A stretch of DNA of 64,000 nucleotides from Alphaproteobacteria bacterium (lineage in GTDB: Bacteria > Pseudomonadota > Alphaproteobacteria > Micropepsales > Micropepsaceae): NCBI GenBank assembly GCA_003139615.1, contig PLJH01000134.1, forward strand, positions 3,705-67,704, given 5' to 3'. Shown in pieces: positions 49,447 to 60,007 of the stretch. The position numbers and the translations under genes were made by a program. The first letter of the stretch is position 1; every line of letters begins with the position of its first letter. Below the pieces are notes generated by a model. It did not search any database. It saw only the letters and a program-made list of their open reading frames with translations, and was not told the origin of the DNA.

Positions 49447-51243
49447 ATGAAACGGATCACGCTCGGGATTGCAGCGATCGCATTCGCCGCACTGCTGTCT
49501 CTGTTGGCGTTCTATCCTTCGCATTCGATCGCCCAGGAGGGTTTAGGGTGTCAGACGCCGGCAATCGTGGTGGGTTCGACGATGCCCACGCCGCAAACCG
49601 ACGGCAGCACCGGCGGCGTCGATCTTGCCTGCGGCGCGCAATATGCCTGGAACGCCTTTATCGCAGTGAACTGGGCCGCGAAGGCCGGCGCGCGGGGCGT
49701 GCCCGATCCGCTGCAGCCTTTCGGACAGAGCGCGCCGACCGTGTGGCAAACCTTCCGGTCGAAGGACGAACTCTATCCCGGCAACGCATCCGCGAGCGTC
49801 GGTCCCCATGGCGCCGCGATCGATCCCGTCACGCACAAGGCGACCAATCCGCCGGATTATGGTTTCGGTGCACCAGCTCAATATTTCTATTCGCCCACGG
49901 CCGTGAAGACTTCCGACGGGCAGGCGATGGCGTGCAAAGGGCAGGCGCCGGTCGCGAACCCCTCGCTGATCCCGCTCGATGAGACGACAGAAATCGGCAA
50001 CAACCAGACATTCGCGGGCACAGCACCCGCCACCGATCCCAGCGGCTTCAACACCAAGCCGCAATTGATCCGCTACGCCGTTAAGATGAACGAGAACGTC
50101 TATGTGACCGTCGTCAACGGACAATATTGGTACCACGGTCCGGGAACGCCGCTCGACCAATCCAAGCAGAACTACAAAACCGCGCTCGCAAAGGGCCAAA
50201 ACGCCAATCCCGTATCGCCTTATGTCGATTTCGCCCCGCCGCCGCCTTCGAACGGCCAGCAATATCAAACCGGCATCGAAGTGAAATCTGCGTGGCGTCC
50301 GTTGAGCGCTTCGGAAGCCGCGTCGGGGCGGTTCTTCACCTCGACCGTTCGTTACTTCGAAACGGATACCGCGGGAACGCCGTGTTATCGCGAAGCCGTG
50401 TGGGGTCTCGTCGGAATGCATCTGATCACCTTTACGCCGTCGGCGCCGTGGGTGATCTGGTCGACCTTCGAGCAGGCTGACAACATTCTCTCGTCAAACG
50501 GCAAGCCCGTCGAAGACGCCAACGGCGCCGTCATCCCGAATCCGAAGCAAGTGGTCGTGGCGCCGACGTCGCCGGCCTTGTCTTCGGATCCCCAGCAGGT
50601 TGCCCCCACGGTCAAGGCGTCGGGCTCCTATTGCACCGCTCCAGGTGCGCGCTTGTATTTCCGGGAAAATCCGACCTTCGGAACGTTGCCGTCTGCAGGC
50701 AACGTCTGCGTCAACAAACGCTGGCACCCGATTCCGTCGGGCATCGTTGCGGTCAACGCGGCGGCGCACGCTGCAATCAGCGCCTACCTTGCGAAATCGG
50801 GCAAGAGCGCGACTTCGCCCTGGCTCTATTACAAGCTCGTGAACGCGCAGGCGACGCCTGTGGATGTCACGCAGATGGACAACCCGCGCTTCAGCACGCC
50901 GCAATCCTACTACATGGCGAATTCCGTGATCGAAACGGATTATTCGCTGGGAGTCTTCACGGGCGATCTCGTGAACGGCGCGCCGTCAAACGTCGCGCAA
51001 ACCGGCACGACGATCGGCCCGTATTACAACAACCGCCTGCTGCCGTTCCAGACGTCCAAGCTCAGCTTCCTCCAGCAACCTTTGCGGATGGGCGGGTGCG
51101 CGGGCTGCCACGGCTTCGCGGCGTCGATCGGGCAAGGATCGAGCTTCGCCCTTGGCGACAACGTCGCCGCGCCGGAACCGACCAACGCCTTCGCGACGGG
51201 AAAACTGTTCCGCGAATACTTCCCGCTGACGGTAAAAAAGTGA
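49447..51243 (+). CDS. Secreted protein with a single C-terminal CxxCH haem-c motif
   Basis: Signal peptide; MGGCAGCHGFA near the C-terminus. Confidence 0.8.
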   Translation: MKRITLGIAAIAFAALLSLLAFYPSHSIAQEGLGCQTPAIVVGSTMPTPQTDGSTGGVDLACGAQYAWNAFIAVNWAAKAGARGVPDPLQPFGQSAPTVWQTFRSKDELYPGNASASVGPHGAAIDPVTHKATNPPDYGFGAPAQYFYSPTAVKTSDGQAMACKGQAPVANPSLIPLDETTEIGNNQTFAGTAPATDPSGFNTKPQLIRYAVKMNENVYVTVVNGQYWYHGPGTPLDQSKQNYKTALAKGQNANPVSPYVDFAPPPPSNGQQYQTGIEVKSAWRPLSASEAASGRFFTSTVRYFETDTAGTPCYREAVWGLVGMHLITFTPSAPWVIWSTFEQADNILSSNGKPVEDANGAVIPNPKQVVVAPTSPALSSDPQQVAPTVKASGSYCTAPGARLYFRENPTFGTLPSAGNVCVNKRWHPIPSGIVAVNAAAHAAISAYLAKSGKSATSPWLYYKLVNAQATPVDVTQMDNPRFSTPQSYYMANSVIETDYSLGVFTGDLVNGAPSNVAQTGTTIGPYYNNRLLPFQTSKLSFLQQPLRMGGCAGCHGFAASIGQGSSFALGDNVAAPEPTNAFATGKLFREYFPLTVKK

Positions 51244-51316
51244 ATCCGGCGGGGAGATTGTGCCGCGTTACGTTCGTGCGCTCACTCAGGAGCGTTCGCT
51301 AACTTCCTGTCATTCA

Positions 51317-51353
51317 AATAAAAAACCCCGTTCCGCTTTCGGGGAACGGGGTT
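51317..51353 (-). terminator. Rho-independent terminator of the bactofilin gene
   Basis: AACCCCGTTCC-loop-GGAACGGGGTT stem followed by a T-run on the minus strand. Confidence 0.85.
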
Positions 51354-51378
51354 CGAATACTGAACCGATCTGAGCCGA

Positions 51379-51960
51379 TCAGCCGCCGGTCTTGAGCGGC
51401 GCGAAGGTCGCGGCCGGGCGCGGTGCCGTATCGGCCGGACGCATCATCGGCTGGGCGGCGGGAACGGGTGCAACAGGCGCAACAGCGACGGGAGCTGCCG
51501 GAGCAACGGGCGCCACAGCTGTCGGCTTGAACTCCGTCGTCTTGCGGCCGGCTTCCTCGGACAGCGGGTTGTCGGAGTGGCGGCAATTGCCCTCGAAGAA
51601 CGCACCGGTTTCGACCGAGAACGCTTCGTGCAGGATGTTGCCTTCGACATGGCAGGTCGAGCACAGGAGAACTTTGCGGGCGCGGATGCTGCCCTGGATG
51701 CGGCCGCGAACCGTCAGGTCCTCGGCCAGCACTTCGCCCTGAATGAATGCCTTGTCGCCGACAACGAGGCCCGCGCTGCGCACATCGCCTTCGACGCGGC
51801 CGTCGATCTGAATGTCGCCGGTCGAGGTCAGCGTGCCGCTCACGACCAGGTCGGCGCTGATGATCGACGGGGCCGACGAGCGCACGGCCCGCTTCTGCTG
51901 CGGAACCGGCGGCATAGGAACGGATGCCGCATCGGAATTTTTGCTCTTACTGGAGAACAT
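51379..51960 (-). CDS. bacA: Bactofilin (polymer-forming cytoskeletal protein)
   Basis: PSIISADLVVSGTL..GDIQIDGRVEGDV...GAFFEGNC beta-helix; Pro/Ala-rich tail. Confidence 0.92.
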   Translation of the reverse strand: MFSSKSKNSDAASVPMPPVPQQKRAVRSSAPSIISADLVVSGTLTSTGDIQIDGRVEGDVRSAGLVVGDKAFIQGEVLAEDLTVRGRIQGSIRARKVLLCSTCHVEGNILHEAFSVETGAFFEGNCRHSDNPLSEEAGRKTTEFKPTAVAPVAPAAPVAVAPVAPVPAAQPMMRPADTAPRPAATFAPLKTGG

Positions 51961-53404
51961 GACGCCCTGCCTCGATGAACCTGCTCGGATCCCTCACGAC
52001 GTCGGCCAGCCACACTTCGTAGTGGACATGCGGCCCCGTGCTGCGCCCGGTCGATCCGAGTTTTCCGATGGGCGAGCCTTTTTCCACTCTAGCGCCAACT
52101 CTCACCAAGATCGAGGAAAGATGGCCGTAACGGGTGTGAAATCCGTAGCCATGGTCAATTTCTACCATGTTGCCGTAACCGCCTCGATCGCCGGCCCAGA
52201 CGACAACGCCGGGCGCAGTCGATGCGACGATCGAACCCCAGGGTCCGCCGAAGTCGACGCCGGGATGAAACGCAACATGTCGCGTAAAGGGGTCGACGCG
52301 CGCGCCGAACCCGCTCGTCAGTTCGAATTGCTGGCCATGGACGGGCGTGGTGAGCGGAACGTGGCGCAGCGCCGTGAACAGCGTGTCGAGTTCTTTGACA
52401 TGCGCGGTCACGCCCGCATAAGCGCCGGTAAATCTTTGGTCGGCGATACCGTCGATGTGAAAGGCGCTGATGGGAAGCAGCGGGCCGCCGATGCCTTCGT
52501 CGGACGACGCCTTCTGCTCGAGCCCGTCGGGGTCCACGCCGACATGGCGAAGCACGGCCTGCAAATCGCCGATACGCCCGGCAACCTGTTGATCGACTCC
52601 GACGAGGAGTGCTGTCTCCTGGCCGCTCATATGCGCGATGCGGTCAGTCTGCTCGGCAAGAATTTTAAGAGCCGGCGGGTCGACGAATTTGGTCGTCGCG
52701 GCCTGCGCGAGCTTCGGGTGGAAGAGGACGCTCGCAAACTGCGTCACGGCATTGTCGAGAAAGCTCGCTTTGGTCGACTTGCCGATCCGCGGCTGCGGTT
52801 CGACATTTTGCGGCATCACACCGAGCTGCGAGTTGCCGCCGGCCGGAGGAGGGGCCGCCATTTCTCCCGGGCTGCTGGTGATCGGCGCATCGACGCCGAT
52901 GCTGTCGCTTGCTGCGCCGGCGCCTGCGGCCACCGGAATATCGCTGTCGCCGCCGCCGGTCTTCACATCACGGGCGACGCCGCCCGAATTCAGGCTGTTG
53001 AGCGTTTCGTCGACCTCCTGCTTGCGGCCGAGCAGCTTGGCGACGGTTTCCTGTTTGCGCCCAAGCTCATCCGCGGTGGACTTGAAGCGGTCTTCCGCCG
53101 AAACGAGCGAGCCCTGCAATTCGTCATAGGCGAGCTGCTGATCCGCAACCCGGTTCTCATACGTAGATTGCATTTGCTGGTAGCGGTGATCCTTGGACGC
53201 AATGATGCGGTCCTTGAAGATCACGTTGACGGACGCGAAAGCGACCCAGCCGAGGAAAATGAGGGAAAGGCCCGCCAAGGTCGCCTGCAGGGTCGGACCG
53301 AAGGTGAAGAATTGAACGCGGCCGTCGCTGCGGATGTACACCTGACGCTCAGGGAACGTCGCATGAAGCCACGCCCACGCACGCTCGACGAGCGTATCGG
53401 CCAT
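51947..53404 (-). CDS. M23 peptidase with N-terminal DUF5930/TM and coiled coil (LmdC-like)
   Basis: FHPGVD, TRYGHLS, GRSTGPHVHYE; overlaps the bactofilin start. Confidence 0.92.
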   Translation of the reverse strand: MADTLVERAWAWLHATFPERQVYIRSDGRVQFFTFGPTLQATLAGLSLIFLGWVAFASVNVIFKDRIIASKDHRYQQMQSTYENRVADQQLAYDELQGSLVSAEDRFKSTADELGRKQETVAKLLGRKQEVDETLNSLNSGGVARDVKTGGGDSDIPVAAGAGAASDSIGVDAPITSSPGEMAAPPPAGGNSQLGVMPQNVEPQPRIGKSTKASFLDNAVTQFASVLFHPKLAQAATTKFVDPPALKILAEQTDRIAHMSGQETALLVGVDQQVAGRIGDLQAVLRHVGVDPDGLEQKASSDEGIGGPLLPISAFHIDGIADQRFTGAYAGVTAHVKELDTLFTALRHVPLTTPVHGQQFELTSGFGARVDPFTRHVAFHPGVDFGGPWGSIVASTAPGVVVWAGDRGGYGNMVEIDHGYGFHTRYGHLSSILVRVGARVEKGSPIGKLGSTGRSTGPHVHYEVWLADVVRDPSRFIEAGRHVLQ

Positions 53405-53544
53405 GCCGGTACTTCCCTTTTGGGCGTCTTTCGCGCCGACCCCTGAAGGCTGCATTTCACCTAGTTCCGGCCGTTTGATCAAGCTCTTAGCCCAGAAAAA
53501 AGAACTTGAGGTTAACCGTGGCCGGAAGGGCAAATCCCGGCGAT

Positions 53545-54015
53545 TCAAAGGTTTTTTGCCGTGGCAAGCACGGCCTCCACATGGCCCGGCACTTTGACTT
53601 TACGCCAAACCTGCCGAATGACGCCCTTGGCGTCGACCAGGAACGTCGCCCGGTCCATTCCCATGTATTTGCGGCCGTATAGGCTCTTCTCCACCCAGAT
53701 GCCATAAGCATTTGCCGTCACCAGATCGGCATCCGAGCCCAGCGCTATCTTCAGTTTGTGTTTTGCCCTGAATTTTTCGTGAGACGCGAGACTGTCCTTG
53801 GAAACGCCGATAACAGTGATATCGGCTGCATCGAATTTGCGCTTGGCTTCCGAGAACTCGATAGCCTCCTTGGTACAGCCGGAGGTATCGTCTTTGGGAT
53901 AAAAGTAGAGGACGAAGGGCTTTCCCTTCAGAGATGCCTTCGAAATCTCCTCTCCTGAGTCCGTTTTAAGCTTGAACGCGGGCGCCCGGTCTCCGGGCGC
54001 GAGGTCTGTTGCCAT
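53545..54015 (-). CDS. bcp: Peroxiredoxin BCP
   Basis: YFYPKDDTSGCTKEA, RATFLVD. Confidence 0.93.
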   Translation of the reverse strand: MATDLAPGDRAPAFKLKTDSGEEISKASLKGKPFVLYFYPKDDTSGCTKEAIEFSEAKRKFDAADITVIGVSKDSLASHEKFRAKHKLKIALGSDADLVTANAYGIWVEKSLYGRKYMGMDRATFLVDAKGVIRQVWRKVKVPGHVEAVLATAKNL

Positions 54016-54175
54016 CTGGGTCTCCGGAAGGCTGGAAAAGAACTGGACGAATGCGCGTTTACCAGTTGCAAGCATTAGGCGATAAGCTGAAGCGCGGTTT
54101 GGCGCAAGGGGCAGGACGCCTCGCACCCACAAGCTCTAGGCCTAGCGTTAGTACGGTCAAAAAGGTGTACATATT

Positions 54176-57100
54176 TTGAAGCTTGTCGCGCTCCGTGCCC
54201 ATCATTTTCGTCGTGCCGGGCTTAGCGCTGCCATTTTTGTGGCGGCCATCGCGTTTTTTGTCCTCGGCGTGCTGATCCGGGTGCTGATCGGGCCGGTTTC
54301 GCTGGGTCCATTCACGGGCAATTTGCGCACGGCCCTGGAACAGACATTGCCCGGGTTGGAGGTGCGCTTCGACCATGCCGCCATCGAATGGTCGCGCGAC
54401 GAGGGGCGTGTCGATCTCGTCGTTCTGGGCGCGCGCGTCTTCGACAGCAATCAGCGCATTATCGCACAGGCGCCGAAGGCCGAGATCGGACTGGCGGCAG
54501 GCCCGTTCATCCGCGGCCACATTGTCGTGCGCAGGATTGCGCTTGTCGGCGTGGAACTGACGCTGGTGCACACCAAGGACGGCGAGTTGCGGCTCGGTGT
54601 CGAACAGGATCGCAATCAGAGCGACGTGCTCGAACGCATTCGCGACGCGCTCTCGAAAAGCGGCAGCGGCGCGTCTTCGCTCAAGACTTTCGCCATCCAT
54701 CAGGCGCGCCTGGCGTTTTACGAAGAAGAGACCGGCTTGTTTCTCGTCGCACCCGAAGCCGATCTCGAAGTCTCCACGGGACAAAACGATGTCGCGCATC
54801 GCGGCGAGGTGATCGTTGCCAATCTTAATGCGAAGGTCGAGGTATCGGGCAAGCCGGCGCATATTGTGGCCGACATCAACATTCCCCGCGATACCAGCCA
54901 TATCACGGGCGATTTGAGCGTCACGGGTCTCGATCTCGCCGCTCTGGCCGGAAACGCGAAGTTCTTTTCGTTTCTCTCGCCGTTTTTGCTGACGACCGAT
55001 ATCTCAGGCGCATTCACGCTCGATCACGGACAACGATTCACATTGTCGGATTTCGGCATCGATGCGACCGGAATCGTGAACGGACTGGGAAAACCGCTTC
55101 ATGTGAAACAGCTTCGTGTTGTGGGCCGCTTTGACGGCGCGACGGGACGGTTGCTGGTCGACGATGCAACGCTCCAGGGCGACCAGGCGCATGCGCATCT
55201 GGAGGGCTTCGGAGATCTCGATTTCGACGATCACGATACGCTCACGAAAGCGACGCTCGACCTCGCCATGGACAAGATGGGGATGGATTTTCCGGGCGTG
55301 ATGAAACAGCCCGTTACCCTCGGACGCGCGGCCCTTACCGCCAGCTACCTTTCCGCGCAGGGTCTCATATCCGTCGACAAGGCGCTTGTGTTCGGCGGTC
55401 CGCTGTCGGCGAATTTTGCGGGCAAGATCGTGCTCGCCGGTTCCCGATCGGCCGGCATCGACGTCGACGGCAAGATCGCCGCGATCGACGTGCGCGACTT
55501 GCTGCATTACTGGCCGCTGCAGATCGGCGATGGCGCGCGCAAGTGGATCGACGCGCATGTCTCGGCCGGCCGCGTGGGGCCGATCCTCCTGCACACGCAT
55601 ATCCTGCCCGGCGCACTGGATCAGCCCGCATTGCCCGAAGATGCAGTGGCGATGACGTTCCCCATTTCCGGCGCGACCGTATCTTATATGCACGGCCTGA
55701 CGCCGATGACTCGCGTCAACGGCAACGCGATTCTAACGGGAGATACATTCAAGGGCGATGTGGGGTCTGCGGTCGTCGGCCCGATCACGCTCTCGAACGG
55801 CCACGTTTCTATTCCCGGTCTTCACCTTGAGGGGCCGCCGGCGAGCATTACCGCACACGCCGAGGGCACCGTGCCCGATGTGCTCGCGCTGATCGATCAG
55901 AAACCGCTGCAATATCCTTCGCGGTTCCATGTGAAGACGCAAGGCGCGCGGGGCAATGCGAAGATCGATCTCGACTTCAAGGTACCGACGCGAAACAGCA
56001 TTTCGATGGACGAGATCGCGATTTCGGTCCACGCCAATCTGACAAATTTCGCGCTTCAGGTTGGCGAGCATACGAAGTTCACGAACGGCATGGCCAATCT
56101 TGCCATCGACAATACCACGCTCCATGCGGTGGGAACCGTGGCGCTGGGTTCCACCAACGTGGCCGTCGACTGGAACGAAGCATTCAAGGCGCAGGGGCCG
56201 ATCACGACCCGCATGATCGTCAAGGGAAATCTCGACGATGCCGCGCGGGCTTCGCTCAATCTGCGGACCGGGAATTATCTCACGGGGCCCGTCGGCGCGG
56301 TCGCGCAGCTCGAAGGCCGCCGCGGTTCGATCCAGCGTGCGCTGATCACGCTCGATCTCACGCCGGCAACGATCAATCTCGATCTGATCAACTACAAGAA
56401 GCCTGCCGGCGTGCCGGCCACGGGGCAGATCACAGCCAACCTCGACGACGCGGGCAATCTGCGCTCGGAAGATGTTTCGCTGTCGGGCGCGGGCCTTTCG
56501 GCGCACGGTACGGCAAGTGTCGGGCCGAATGGCGATCTCGAGCATCTCGATTTCCCAGTCGCGCATATCGGCCCGACGAACGATTTCGCCTTTACGATGA
56601 CACGAACGCCGATGACCGGGCTTGAGCTTGCCGTCTCGGGGCATTCGCTGGACGGAACGGCCCTGGGCCACCGCGACCCGAACGCCAACGACGCGCCGTC
56701 GAACAATGCGACACCGACTGCGAACAGCCCGTTCCACGTCGCGATTCATGTCGACCGACTTGTGTTGCGCGAAGGCGTGACGCTTTCGCCGTTTGCACTC
56801 GATGTCTCGGGGCAGGGAGATCGTCCGCGGTCATTGTCGCTGTCTGGGACATTCTCGAAAGGCATCCAGGTCACGGCGGGAATTGTGGAGAGCGATGTGG
56901 GGCGGCGTGTTGCGATCGACTCCAACGATGCCGGGCAGTTGCTGAAGGGCTTGTTCGGCCTCGATGCGATGAAAGGCGGCAAACTCAAGGTGACGGCCAC
57001 GATGCCGCCGATGTCCGCGGCGGTGGGCAAGGATCCCAATGCGATCGAATATACGGGCACGCTGACGATCGACGATTTCACGGTCGTCAATCAGCCGTTT

Positions 57101-57568
57101 CTTGCCAGGATGTTTTCGTCCGGTTCGTTCGGCGGCGTTGCCGATCTCTTGCGCGGGCAGGGAATCGTCGTCGACAAGCTGCAATTGCCCTTTGCCGTTC
57201 ACGGCGACGTTTTCGACATTCACGAAGCGCGCGCTTCGGGACCGTCGATCGGAATCACGGCCGACGGCTATGTCGACCGCCGCAACAATCAGCTCGCGCT
57301 GAAGGGCGCGTTTGCTCCGCTATACGGCATCAACAGCGTGTTGGGCGTGATCCCGATCGTGGGGCAGGTGCTCGTGTCGAAAAAAGGCGAAGGCATCATC
57401 GGCATGACCTACAGCGCGACAGGCCCCGCGGACGAACCGCAAGTGAGCATGAATCCGCTCTCCGTTCTCACGCCGGGAATCCTGCGCCGCATTTTCCAGG
57501 GCGCAATGCCGACCGCGCCGATCCAGGCGAATACAGCCGCGCCGCCAACGCCCGATAAGGTGCAGTAG
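54176..57568 (+). CDS. AsmA-like / DUF3971 (YhdP-family) protein
   Basis: 1130 aa, N-terminal TM then GPVSLG; C-terminal GITADGYVD...LKGAFAP...NPLSVLTPG. Confidence 0.85.
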   Translation: MKLVALRAHHFRRAGLSAAIFVAAIAFFVLGVLIRVLIGPVSLGPFTGNLRTALEQTLPGLEVRFDHAAIEWSRDEGRVDLVVLGARVFDSNQRIIAQAPKAEIGLAAGPFIRGHIVVRRIALVGVELTLVHTKDGELRLGVEQDRNQSDVLERIRDALSKSGSGASSLKTFAIHQARLAFYEEETGLFLVAPEADLEVSTGQNDVAHRGEVIVANLNAKVEVSGKPAHIVADINIPRDTSHITGDLSVTGLDLAALAGNAKFFSFLSPFLLTTDISGAFTLDHGQRFTLSDFGIDATGIVNGLGKPLHVKQLRVVGRFDGATGRLLVDDATLQGDQAHAHLEGFGDLDFDDHDTLTKATLDLAMDKMGMDFPGVMKQPVTLGRAALTASYLSAQGLISVDKALVFGGPLSANFAGKIVLAGSRSAGIDVDGKIAAIDVRDLLHYWPLQIGDGARKWIDAHVSAGRVGPILLHTHILPGALDQPALPEDAVAMTFPISGATVSYMHGLTPMTRVNGNAILTGDTFKGDVGSAVVGPITLSNGHVSIPGLHLEGPPASITAHAEGTVPDVLALIDQKPLQYPSRFHVKTQGARGNAKIDLDFKVPTRNSISMDEIAISVHANLTNFALQVGEHTKFTNGMANLAIDNTTLHAVGTVALGSTNVAVDWNEAFKAQGPITTRMIVKGNLDDAARASLNLRTGNYLTGPVGAVAQLEGRRGSIQRALITLDLTPATINLDLINYKKPAGVPATGQITANLDDAGNLRSEDVSLSGAGLSAHGTASVGPNGDLEHLDFPVAHIGPTNDFAFTMTRTPMTGLELAVSGHSLDGTALGHRDPNANDAPSNNATPTANSPFHVAIHVDRLVLREGVTLSPFALDVSGQGDRPRSLSLSGTFSKGIQVTAGIVESDVGRRVAIDSNDAGQLLKGLFGLDAMKGGKLKVTATMPPMSAAVGKDPNAIEYTGTLTIDDFTVVNQPFLARMFSSGSFGGVADLLRGQGIVVDKLQLPFAVHGDVFDIHEARASGPSIGITADGYVDRRNNQLALKGAFAPLYGINSVLGVIPIVGQVLVSKKGEGIIGMTYSATGPADEPQVSMNPLSVLTPGILRRIFQGAMPTAPIQANTAAPPTPDKVQ

Positions 57569-57574
57569 TGCCCG

Positions 57575-58834
57575 TCAGATCGGCTTGACAAGAATATGCT
57601 TTTTGCGGCCGACGGAGAGTTTGATCACGCCTTCGCCGGTGAGGTTGGATAAACTGACGCTTGCTTTGACATCGCTCACAGCCGCGTCGTTCACGCGTAA
57701 GCCTCCGCCCTGGATCAGACGGCGGGCTTCGCCGGAAGACGATGAGAGGCCCGCCATCTGCGCAAGATTCGCGACGAGGATTCCTTCCGCGAGTTTGTCG
57801 CGCGGAATTTCGAAGGTCGGCAATCCTTCGGCAAACGCGCCTTCCTCGAAGGTACGCCTCGCCGTTTCGGCGGCTTCGTTTGCCGCCGCGCGGCCATGGA
57901 CGATGGAAGTCGCTTCGGTGGCGAGAACCTTCTTTGCTTCGTTACGCTCATTGCCTTCGAGCTTTTCGAGGCGCGCGATTTCGTCGAGCGGCATATCGGT
58001 GAACAGGCGCAGGAAGCGGCCGACATCGCCGTCTTCCGTGTTGCGCCAGAACTGCCAGTAATCGTAAGGCGAGCGCATATCGGCGTTGAGCCACACCGCA
58101 CCCGAAACGGATTTCCCCATCTTCGCGCCGGACGAGGTCGTGATCAGTGGCGTCGAAAGCCCGAACAGCTGCGCGCTCGCGACCCGGCGGCCAAGGTCGA
58201 TGCCGCTCACCACATTGCCCCATTGGTCGGAGCCGCAAGATTGCAGGCGGCAGCCATAGCGCTTGTAGAGCTCCACGAAATCATAGGCCTGGCAGACCAT
58301 GTAATTGAATTCGAGGAACGACAGCGCCTGCTCACGCTCCAGCCGGATCTTCACGCTTTCCATCGTCAGCATGCGGTTGACGGAGAAGTGCCGCCCGATG
58401 CCGCGCAGGAACGGGATGTATTCGAGTTTGTCGAGCCATTCGGCATTGTCGATCATGATGGCGTCGCTCTCGCCTTCGCCGAATTTCAGCAAATGGCTGA
58501 TGCCTGCAACCATACTTTGCTTGTTGGCGTCGATCTGTTCTGGCGTGAGGAGCTTGCGCACTTCGTCCTTGCCGGAGGGATCGCCGAGCTTGGTCGTGCC
58601 GCCGCCCATCAGGAGGATCGGGCGATGACCCGCCTGCTGCATCCGCCGCAGGGTCATGAGCTGCACGAGATTGCCGATATGCATCGAGCTGGCCGTGCAG
58701 TCGAAGCCGATATAGGCGGTGACGCGCTCCTTCAGGAACAGCGCGTCGAGGTCCTCCGGCGCGGAGCAATCGTAATAGGCGCCGCGCTCCACGAAGGTGC
58801 GGAGGAACTCGGATTTGAAATCGGCGGCGGTCAT
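57575..58834 (-). CDS. tyrS: Tyrosyl-tRNA synthetase
   Basis: YIGFDCTA..HIGN, GSDQWGN, KMGKS, C-terminal S4 domain. Confidence 0.98.
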   Translation of the reverse strand: MTAADFKSEFLRTFVERGAYYDCSAPEDLDALFLKERVTAYIGFDCTASSMHIGNLVQLMTLRRMQQAGHRPILLMGGGTTKLGDPSGKDEVRKLLTPEQIDANKQSMVAGISHLLKFGEGESDAIMIDNAEWLDKLEYIPFLRGIGRHFSVNRMLTMESVKIRLEREQALSFLEFNYMVCQAYDFVELYKRYGCRLQSCGSDQWGNVVSGIDLGRRVASAQLFGLSTPLITTSSGAKMGKSVSGAVWLNADMRSPYDYWQFWRNTEDGDVGRFLRLFTDMPLDEIARLEKLEGNERNEAKKVLATEATSIVHGRAAANEAAETARRTFEEGAFAEGLPTFEIPRDKLAEGILVANLAQMAGLSSSSGEARRLIQGGGLRVNDAAVSDVKASVSLSNLTGEGVIKLSVGRKKHILVKPI

Positions 58835-58875
58835 ATTACGATCTCATGGAGCGAAGGGGCGGGTGTGTAACACGG

Positions 58876-60006
58876 ATGGCCGAGCTGCAGAAAGTCATCG
58901 GCCTGATGAGCGGCACGTCCCTGGACGGCATCGATGCCGCGCTGGTGGAGACGGACGGCCAGGACATCGTCCGCCCGGGCCAGGCTCTGTTCGTCGCCTA
59001 TTCCGCCGAAATGCGCGCTCTCTTGAAAGATGCGCTGGTTGCGGCCTCGGCCCTGGCGGTCGGAGGACAGGTCCCGCAATCGATCCTCGACGCAGAACAG
59101 CGCTTGACGGACGTGCATGCGGACGCCGTCGGACAGTTGCTGGCGGTCGCCGGTGTCCGGGCTGAAGCCATCGCGCTTCTGGGCTTTCACGGGCAGACGA
59201 TCCTGCACCGTCCGCAAGAGCATCGAACCTGGCAGATCGGTGATGGCGCACGGCTCGCACGGCTGACAGGCATCGATGTGGTGAACGACTTCCGCTCCGC
59301 CGACATGGACGCGGGGGGAGAGGGCGCGCCTTTTGCGCCGCTCTATCACGCCGCGCTGGCGAGACGGACGCCTGGCCTGAAATTGCCGGTTGCAGTGCTC
59401 AATGTCGGCGGCGTCGCGAATGTGACGTTCGTGGGTCGCGAAACGGTGCTTGCGTTCGACACCGGCCCCGGCAATGCGCCGATGGATGATTGGGCGATGA
59501 AGCATCTCGGCAAACCAATGGACGAAAACGGCAAGCTCGCGCGCAGCGGCAGAGTCGATGCGCGCATTCTTGCGCGGATGCTGGAGAACCCGTTCTTTGC
59601 GCGCCGGCCGCCCAAATCGCTCGACCGGATGGATTTCGGTTTCGAGCCCGTCAACGCATTGTCTCCGGCCGACGGTGCCGCGACATCGGCGGCATTCACG
59701 GCGGCGTCCATTGCGCGTGCGGCCGAGCATTTTCCGGAGCCGATTTCCGAGTGGATCATGTGCGGCGGCGGGCGGTACAATAAAGCACTCCTGGGCAGCT
59801 TGCGGATGTCCGTGCGTGTGCCGGTCAGGCCGGCCGAAGATGTGGGATGGCGCGGCGATTTTATCGAAGCGGAGGCATTCGCCTATCTCGCCGCGCGCTC
59901 TGCCAAGGGATTGCCCCTCAGCCTGCCGACGACCACGGGCGCGCCGAATCCGACGACCGGCGGGCGCCTGCATCGATATGATCGTCGTCTCACGAAAGAG
60001 GCATGA
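58876..60006 (+). CDS. anmK: Anhydro-N-acetylmuramic acid kinase
   Basis: IGLMSGTSLDG, GFHGQT, GGEGAP, DTGPGN, EAEAFAYLA. Confidence 0.96.
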   Translation: MAELQKVIGLMSGTSLDGIDAALVETDGQDIVRPGQALFVAYSAEMRALLKDALVAASALAVGGQVPQSILDAEQRLTDVHADAVGQLLAVAGVRAEAIALLGFHGQTILHRPQEHRTWQIGDGARLARLTGIDVVNDFRSADMDAGGEGAPFAPLYHAALARRTPGLKLPVAVLNVGGVANVTFVGRETVLAFDTGPGNAPMDDWAMKHLGKPMDENGKLARSGRVDARILARMLENPFFARRPPKSLDRMDFGFEPVNALSPADGAATSAAFTAASIARAAEHFPEPISEWIMCGGGRYNKALLGSLRMSVRVPVRPAEDVGWRGDFIEAEAFAYLAARSAKGLPLSLPTTTGAPNPTTGGRLHRYDRRLTKEA

Positions 60007-60007
60007 T

